Positions 6,961 through 13,111 of a DNA stretch of 13,111 nt are shown here, one piece after another. A program made the position numbers and the translations under genes. The stretch comes from Fonticula alba ATCC 38817 (Eukaryota > Protista > Nucleariida), in assembly GCA_000388065.2 (NCBI GenBank), contig KB932203.1. One strand, written 5' to 3'. The notes below the pieces were generated by a model. The model saw nothing but the letters and a program-made list of their open reading frames with translations, was not told where the DNA came from and did not search any database. How positions within the stretch are numbered: the first letter of the stretch is position 1; the number at the start of each line of letters is the position of its first letter.

Positions 6961-7773
6961 CTCTCCGTGTCTGGCCTCATCTGGGGTATTTCCACTCGCG
7001 AGAGCCACAGCATCATCAGCCAGATCGTTGAGCGCCAGTTCAGCGAGGCGGCCGCCATCAACAGCAAGATCGACTCGCTGCAGGCCTCCATCGACGAGCA
7101 GACCGGCAAGATCACCGCCTACACCGAGGAGGAGAAGAGCCTGAAGGAGCGCCTGAACCATGTTCGCAAGCAGAAGAAGACCATTGAGATCATGGTGACC
7201 AAGCTCACCCAGGAGATCGACTACATCAAGAGCACCATCAGCGACCCGGCGTACAACCACCTGCTGGAGACCAACCGTCGCCGGCTCAAGGAGCTCGAGG
7301 CGGCCCTGGAGTACTACGACAGCCAGAGCAGCCAGGGCATCAAGACCCTGACCGCGCGCGACATCACCTTCTGGCTGGAGGAGCTCCGCCTGTCGAGCTA
7401 TGCGCCGCTCTTTGTGGCCCACAGCATCGATGGTATCGGCCTCGAGGATCTGACTCTGTCTTTCCTGCATCGTTACATTGGCATGCCGGTCAATGCGGCC
7501 AGCAAGCTGATGCTGCACGCGCGGTCGGTGCTGTCCGGCAGCGCGCCGCCGACTGGCGGCCTGTACAGCCTGGATTCGGCGGCCGCCGCCGAGTGGCTGC
7601 GGTCCAAGGTCGGCGGCAAGGTCGGCGAGCTGCTGGCCGTGCACAATGCCCAGCTCAACGGTCGGTCCCTGGCGCTGATGGATCTCCAGACCCTGCTGGA
7701 CCTGGGTGTGTCGCGTTTCTCTGACGCGCGTACCGTCCTGGCGGCCGTCCGTGCCGAGACTGGCGGCGTGTAG
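6961..7773 (+). CDS. Gene B terminal exon: coiled coil (~7030-7320) plus two SAM domains (~7345-7530, ~7567-7752)
   Basis: Acceptor CATAG| 6960 in frame. Heptad-patterned charged helix (IDSLQASIDEQTGKITAY...LKERLNHV...LTQEIDYI). SAM1 DITFWLEELRLSSYAPLFVAHSIDGIGLEDLT...IGM and SAM2 AAEWLRSK...NGRSLALMDLQTLLDLGV match the SAM pattern W....V..WL...L..Y...F....IDG..L..L....L..LG. TAG at 7771-7773. Confidence 0.88.
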   Translation, partial: LSVSGLIWGISTRESHSIISQIVERQFSEAAAINSKIDSLQASIDEQTGKITAYTEEEKSLKERLNHVRKQKKTIEIMVTKLTQEIDYIKSTISDPAYNHLLETNRRRLKELEAALEYYDSQSSQGIKTLTARDITFWLEELRLSSYAPLFVAHSIDGIGLEDLTLSFLHRYIGMPVNAASKLMLHARSVLSGSAPPTGGLYSLDSAAAAEWLRSKVGGKVGELLAVHNAQLNGRSLALMDLQTLLDLGVSRFSDARTVLAAVRAETGGV

Positions 7774-8020
7774 GGCAAAGAAGGGCCATCCCCATGAAGG
7801 CGGGGAGGCAGGCATGTTGTGCGTGTATTCGCGTGTGCGTGTGCGTGTGTGTGGCCGGTGTGTGGCCGGTGTGGCAATGTGTCGGTGCGAGAGGAGGCCC
7901 CCTTCGCCTCTTAGCCCGTGCGTCATCCATCGGAGGCGCGCCGGGGAAGGGCCCTGTGGGGTCTTTTCCCTTCCTTCTGGGGATTGCCCCGATGCGTGCA
8001 CGCCCGCGCACCAACCCACA

Positions 8021-8060
8021 CACGCACACACACGCACACACACGCACACACACGCACACA
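8021..8060. repeat. (CACGCACACA)4
   Basis: Four perfect 10-mers downstream of the gene B stop. Confidence 0.95.
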
Positions 8061-8747
8061 CGCTTTCCGATGCACATCCCTCTTCCCTCTCCATCGCTGT
8101 TCCTGTCCACCTATCTATCTCTCTATCTCTCTATCTCTCTATATATATCTTTCCCTCCCTCTCCCTCCCTCTCTCTGCTTCGCCCCCTCCCTTCCCCCCT
8201 CAATACACAGCACAATGCAAACGGTGATTCATCCGTGTGGACGTCTTGTCGCCGGCAAACGGGGCACTCGCGAGATTTGCGCCCATTGTGGGCCTTACGC
8301 CGTGTTCTCCTGCCTGTCGAGCCGGCCCTCCTGCCGCCGGGAGACCCCTCACGCGGGGTTTCCGTCATGCCATCGTCGCAGGATATTGTCTCTTGGCCGC
8401 GGCCTCGGTCCATCCTCGACCTTGTCCCCGTTCCCTGGGCCCCAAGGTCCGGTCTCTGCGCCTCTCGCCGGGGCCGCATGCCGGTCCTGTTTTGTTAAGA
8501 CAGTGGAGGCCACAAGAGCAGCGCTGATCATACGGACGCGGGTGGGGGTCCGCATGCAAGGCCGAGCAAGTCTCCCCCCCGCTTCTCTGCGAAGGTGATG
8601 TTGCCAGTGTCAGTGCCGATACTCGATTGGCCCTCCAGGCCGATGGGCCAAGCTCGGCTCGCGGCAATCCACTGATTGGCAGTGCCTGTCGCGATGCGTT
8701 GTCGAGGAGCGAGGAGAAAAGGGTGTGTCTGGGGGGGGGGGGGGGGG

Positions 8748-9348
8748 NNNNNNNNNNNNNNNNNNNNNNNNNNNNNNNNNNNNNNNNNNNNNNNNNNNNN
8801 NNNNNNNNNNNNNNNNNNNNNNNNNNNNNNNNNNNNNNNNNNNNNNNNNNNNNNNNNNNNNNNNNNNNNNNNNNNNNNNNNNNNNNNNNNNNNNNNNNNN
8901 NNNNNNNNNNNNNNNNNNNNNNNNNNNNNNNNNNNNNNNNNNNNNNNNNNNNNNNNNNNNNNNNNNNNNNNNNNNNNNNNNNNNNNNNNNNNNNNNNNNN
9001 NNNNNNNNNNNNNNNNNNNNNNNNNNNNNNNNNNNNNNNNNNNNNNNNNNNNNNNNNNNNNNNNNNNNNNNNNNNNNNNNNNNNNNNNNNNNNNNNNNNN
9101 NNNNNNNNNNNNNNNNNNNNNNNNNNNNNNNNNNNNNNNNNNNNNNNNNNNNNNNNNNNNNNNNNNNNNNNNNNNNNNNNNNNNNNNNNNNNNNNNNNNN
9201 NNNNNNNNNNNNNNNNNNNNNNNNNNNNNNNNNNNNNNNNNNNNNNNNNNNNNNNNNNNNNNNNNNNNNNNNNNNNNNNNNNNNNNNNNNNNNNNNNNNN
9301 NNNNNNNNNNNNNNNNNNNNNNNNNNNNNNNNNNNNNNNNNNNNNNNN
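8748..9348. other. Assembly gap (601 N) flanked by poly-G on both sides
   Basis: N run; G17 on the left and G11 on the right. Confidence 1.
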
Positions 9349-10030
9349 GGGGGGGGGGGCGCAGGTATGTTATCGCCGCCTGATGTGCGTGCTCCCCCTT
9401 GGCACGTCTACAGGGCCTTGGATGCCCCCTCTTGCCCGCGGTCTCTTTTCCTTTCGTCCTTGGTGCCTCGCACTCCCTCTCGCATTGTCCCCCTCCCCCT
9501 GTGCCTCTCGCTCCCCCTCATTCTATCGGCCTCTCCGATGCCGGTTATGGCTCCATGTCGAATGCTGGGAGTCCCGTGCATCACATGATGGCCGGGACAG
9601 TGTTTTGCCTCTTCCCTTGGCAATGCGTCCGAGGAATTTCTTCCGGTGGCTCGGCAAGGCGAGGGGGATGGCCCTCGAGATGCCCGAGGATGGCGGGCCA
9701 GAGGCCGGCGGTGGGCTCTTGATGCATGTCGCGGTACAGTGTTTGGGCCTGTGCTCTGCCGCCCCGGTGGGTGGTTGGTGCGTGTGGCCCTGAATGGCGT
9801 GTTCCACCCGGAAGCGCGCCAGAGTTGAAGCTTGGATGGCCAAGCGCCGGGTGCCAGCCTGACTGCGTGGCGCCGAGCCACAAGTAGCGCGGCCCGTCCA
9901 TGGCGGCTCATCGGGTGCGCGGGGCGCCTCGTCCCGCGCACCCCGGTGCTGCTCATCTTCCGCAGCACTTGGCGCGTGGTTGTCAAGGTGGCCTGGGACA
10001 AGGCGTTGTTGTCGCGTCTCCCTGGCATAT

Positions 10031-10070
10031 CGGCCCGGCCCGGCCCGGCCCGGCCCGGCCCGGCCCGGCC
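10031..10070. repeat. (CGGCC)8 pentanucleotide repeat
   Basis: Eight perfect copies, 100% GC. Confidence 0.95.
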
Positions 10071-10220
10071 CCCGGGAGCCAGTACCGGGGGCGGCCTGGA
10101 CCGGCGCCGCCCCCGAGCGCCCTCAAAGATTAGCATGCCACACGGAGGACCAAGCAGAGTCAAGGAGGCCGGGCCCGGGGCGAAGCATTATCGGGGGCTG
10201 GCTCGAGCTGACGACACATG

Positions 10221-10221
10221 C

Positions 10222-10253
<32 letters not shown>
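10221..10253. repeat. (CT)n microsatellite
   Basis: Direct reading. Confidence 0.95.
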
Positions 10254-11931
10254 CAGGGCAGCCACCTGGGCACGCTGGCTGCCGGCTAATTGTCCGGCCT
10301 CTGTCGAAGGTCTCTTGCGCCTTTCCCTCGAGAAAGCACGCCACCATGGACCTTAATGGACACATTCGCGCTCACTTAGATACATGCAAACGCACACGCA
10401 AATGCACACAAACAATCGGCCAACCGGCTCGGCCATCGCGCGTCCCGCACCCTCCCGGACTGGGACCGCATTGGCTTGAGCGGTCGGGGCGCTCGGTAGG
10501 CCCCGGGCCCGGTCCCGGTCCCAGTGGGCCCGCCTGGCCAAATGCCAGCCTCGGCCCGGCCGACTGGGCACATCCGTGGCTGCTGGATTATTTAGATTGC
10601 AGCCAGAACGTCGCTCTGGTGGAAGATCCGCCGGCGGTGGCAGGCGCGCGGGCTCGTCTGGTCGGCGGGCAAAGGGACGCCCACAATGCCCGGTCCGTCC
10701 GCCACCTCCTCCCGATTGAGCGCACAATCTCGCCGAAGTCTTAAAGAGGGGCGGAGAACGAGGGCATCTAGGGCAACCATTGCCCTGCCCACAGACGTCG
10801 TGCGAAAGCCGCACGAATTGCTCGTGCTCTTCGATCCCGACATCGGCGCGCCGGTGATGCTGGCAGGGTGGGGGCATAAGTCCCGGGCTTCCGGCCGCAA
10901 TATCCCCCTATGGTCCATGGCCCTGCGCACCGGCGGGCCTCTCCGGTTGCCTCTTTCCCTCGGATCCTACCGATCTCTCAGGATCATGGCTGCTCCACTC
11001 CCCTGGCGGGGCTTCGCTCGCAATGGCACAGACCCGCCCCCTAACCCGTGGCCCCGGCGCCAGGGAGACCTCCGCGCCTGGATCCATCCCATCCGCGCCC
11101 GAGTGGACCGACAGGAGGCCCTGCTGCCAGCTCCCGGGCGGTATATGCCTCGCTGAGCCAGCCGGTGGCTTGTTCGGCCCTTTCTTGCCGTTCCCCCGCT
11201 GGCGCCTCCTTCTCATGCATGTCCGTGCTCGGGAGAATGCGCCGAGGCCCGGCCCCAGCGGGACACAGGGCGGCAATCGAGGGCTAGGCCTAATGGCGTT
11301 GCATCCGTTGGCATGTCCATTAATTGCGGCTGATTGTGGGCTGGCTCCAATGCTTGTTCCTGAGTCTGTCCGCGCTGGCTGGAAGGGTGTCGTGTGACGC
11401 CGACGCACTGGGCGCGAGTTAGGGGGGGGGGTGGGGGGGGAGGGGGCACAGAGGCCACAGAGCGAGGAGTAGGGTCGACAAGGAGTTCGATTGATTGATC
11501 GGCTGCCGCGGACATGGCGCGCGTGCCGGGCCAACGGCACGGCCTGGCTTCCGGCACGACATATGGCCGCGGCGGCAAGGATGTGGCGGCCCTGCCTGGG
11601 GGGTGGCTGTGGTCCACAAGTCGCGTGCGGATGCGCCGGCTCTGCCAACAAAGGCAGCTTGGGTCGGTAATGGCTCGAACCATGGTCCGGCATGTTTGCA
11701 TGCAAGATGAAAGGCAAAGATTGGCCCTCCAGGGGGGGGGGGCTTTTGTTCGGCTGGCTGGAGGTTTGGGCTTTTCCCGGTGACCGTGCTCGTGGAGGCG
11801 CCCATGCGCATGATGTGCATTGCCGGAGCGAGGCATGCGTTGTGCCGGGCGGTGTCTGCGCAAGATTGGCTGGAGGAAGAGTGCGTTTCACCCTGCTCAA
11901 GGAAGCGAAAGCGGGGCGCGCGATAGCCCCC

Positions 11932-12596
11932 NNNNNNNNNNNNNNNNNNNNNNNNNNNNNNNNNNNNNNNNNNNNNNNNNNNNNNNNNNNNNNNNNNNNN
12001 NNNNNNNNNNNNNNNNNNNNNNNNNNNNNNNNNNNNNNNNNNNNNNNNNNNNNNNNNNNNNNNNNNNNNNNNNNNNNNNNNNNNNNNNNNNNNNNNNNNN
12101 NNNNNNNNNNNNNNNNNNNNNNNNNNNNNNNNNNNNNNNNNNNNNNNNNNNNNNNNNNNNNNNNNNNNNNNNNNNNNNNNNNNNNNNNNNNNNNNNNNNN
12201 NNNNNNNNNNNNNNNNNNNNNNNNNNNNNNNNNNNNNNNNNNNNNNNNNNNNNNNNNNNNNNNNNNNNNNNNNNNNNNNNNNNNNNNNNNNNNNNNNNNN
12301 NNNNNNNNNNNNNNNNNNNNNNNNNNNNNNNNNNNNNNNNNNNNNNNNNNNNNNNNNNNNNNNNNNNNNNNNNNNNNNNNNNNNNNNNNNNNNNNNNNNN
12401 NNNNNNNNNNNNNNNNNNNNNNNNNNNNNNNNNNNNNNNNNNNNNNNNNNNNNNNNNNNNNNNNNNNNNNNNNNNNNNNNNNNNNNNNNNNNNNNNNNNN
12501 NNNNNNNNNNNNNNNNNNNNNNNNNNNNNNNNNNNNNNNNNNNNNNNNNNNNNNNNNNNNNNNNNNNNNNNNNNNNNNNNNNNNNNNNNNNNNNNN
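11932..12596. other. Assembly gap (665 N)
   Basis: N run; flanked by a C run on the left and (CT)n on the right. Confidence 1.
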
Positions 12597-12896
12597 CTCT
12601 CTCTCTCTCTCTCTCTCGCTCGTGTGGCCACGTCTGCCTGCCTGTTCGCACGTCCTGCCCTTTGCTCGTGCGAATGCCGGCGCCTCCGGATCGGTTGTGC
12701 AGATAGTCGCACCTCTCTGCCCGCGCGCACGAAGGCCCAACTCAGACCGGGCCAACCTCCCGGGGGCCAGCCTCTCGCGCACTCGGCGCCGGGTGGCGAG
12801 GGCGGGGGCAGACACCAAACCGGAACCCACTAGACGCCCCTCCAAGATCCTCCAAGCACCAGCACGACCATCATCGCCCTGCGGCCCCACTCTCGT

Positions 12897-12935
12897 CCCC
12901 CCCCCCCCCCCCCCCCCGCCCCCCCCCCCCCCCCC
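12897..12935. repeat. Poly-C tract (one G interruption)
   Basis: Direct reading. Confidence 0.95.
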
Positions 12936-13111
12936 ATCGTCACCGGGCGGGGGCAATTAATAGATGGTGACTCGAGGGCGAAATGCGGGGAAAGTGGGTC
13001 CGGGGCAGGAGCGGAGCAGCAGCACGGGGAAGGGGGAAGGGGGGGGGCTGAGAACACCGACCGGCCCGCCCCCTGGTGCCGGGTACATCCTCATCCCCTT
13101 CCCCTCGACCC

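Noticed and set aside
4624-7773. Assigning gene B as STIM or WDSUB1
   Set aside because: No EF-hand or TM helix (STIM); no U-box, and a signal peptide is present (WDSUB1). No gene symbol given.
12620-12900. Possible acceptor GTGCAG| at ~12702 and downstream exon
   Set aside because: The downstream frames lack the codon bias of genes A and B, show no motif, run into poly-C and have no matching donor.
8627-12960. Long ORFs spanning the N gaps
   Set aside because: Artefacts of translating N as X.

Overview
Eukaryotic, very GC-rich, microsatellite-laden genomic DNA from a gapped draft assembly. The composition and intron style are reminiscent of the holomycotan amoeba Fonticula alba, but this is an impression and not a database result. 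Two intron-containing + strand genes can be reconstructed by hand, with every splice junction in frame. Gene A (exons 156-811, 976-1357, 1611-2345, 2519-3172; 5' end lies upstream of the window; 808 aa visible) encodes a PH domain of the type that follows RhoGEF DH domains, a long low-complexity linker with short motif islands, a p40phox/Bem1-class PX domain and a C-terminal NPF motif. Gene B (exons 4624-5064, 5219-5713, 6147-6680, 6961-7773; 760 aa) has an unusual architecture: signal peptide, WD40-like beta-propeller, long coiled coil and two SAM domains, with no evident transmembrane helix. After about 7.8 kb there is no convincing intact gene, only simple repeats, two N gaps (601 and 665 nt) and weak coding-like fragments. 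No prokaryotic features, CRISPR array, rRNA/tRNA or recognisable transposon were found.
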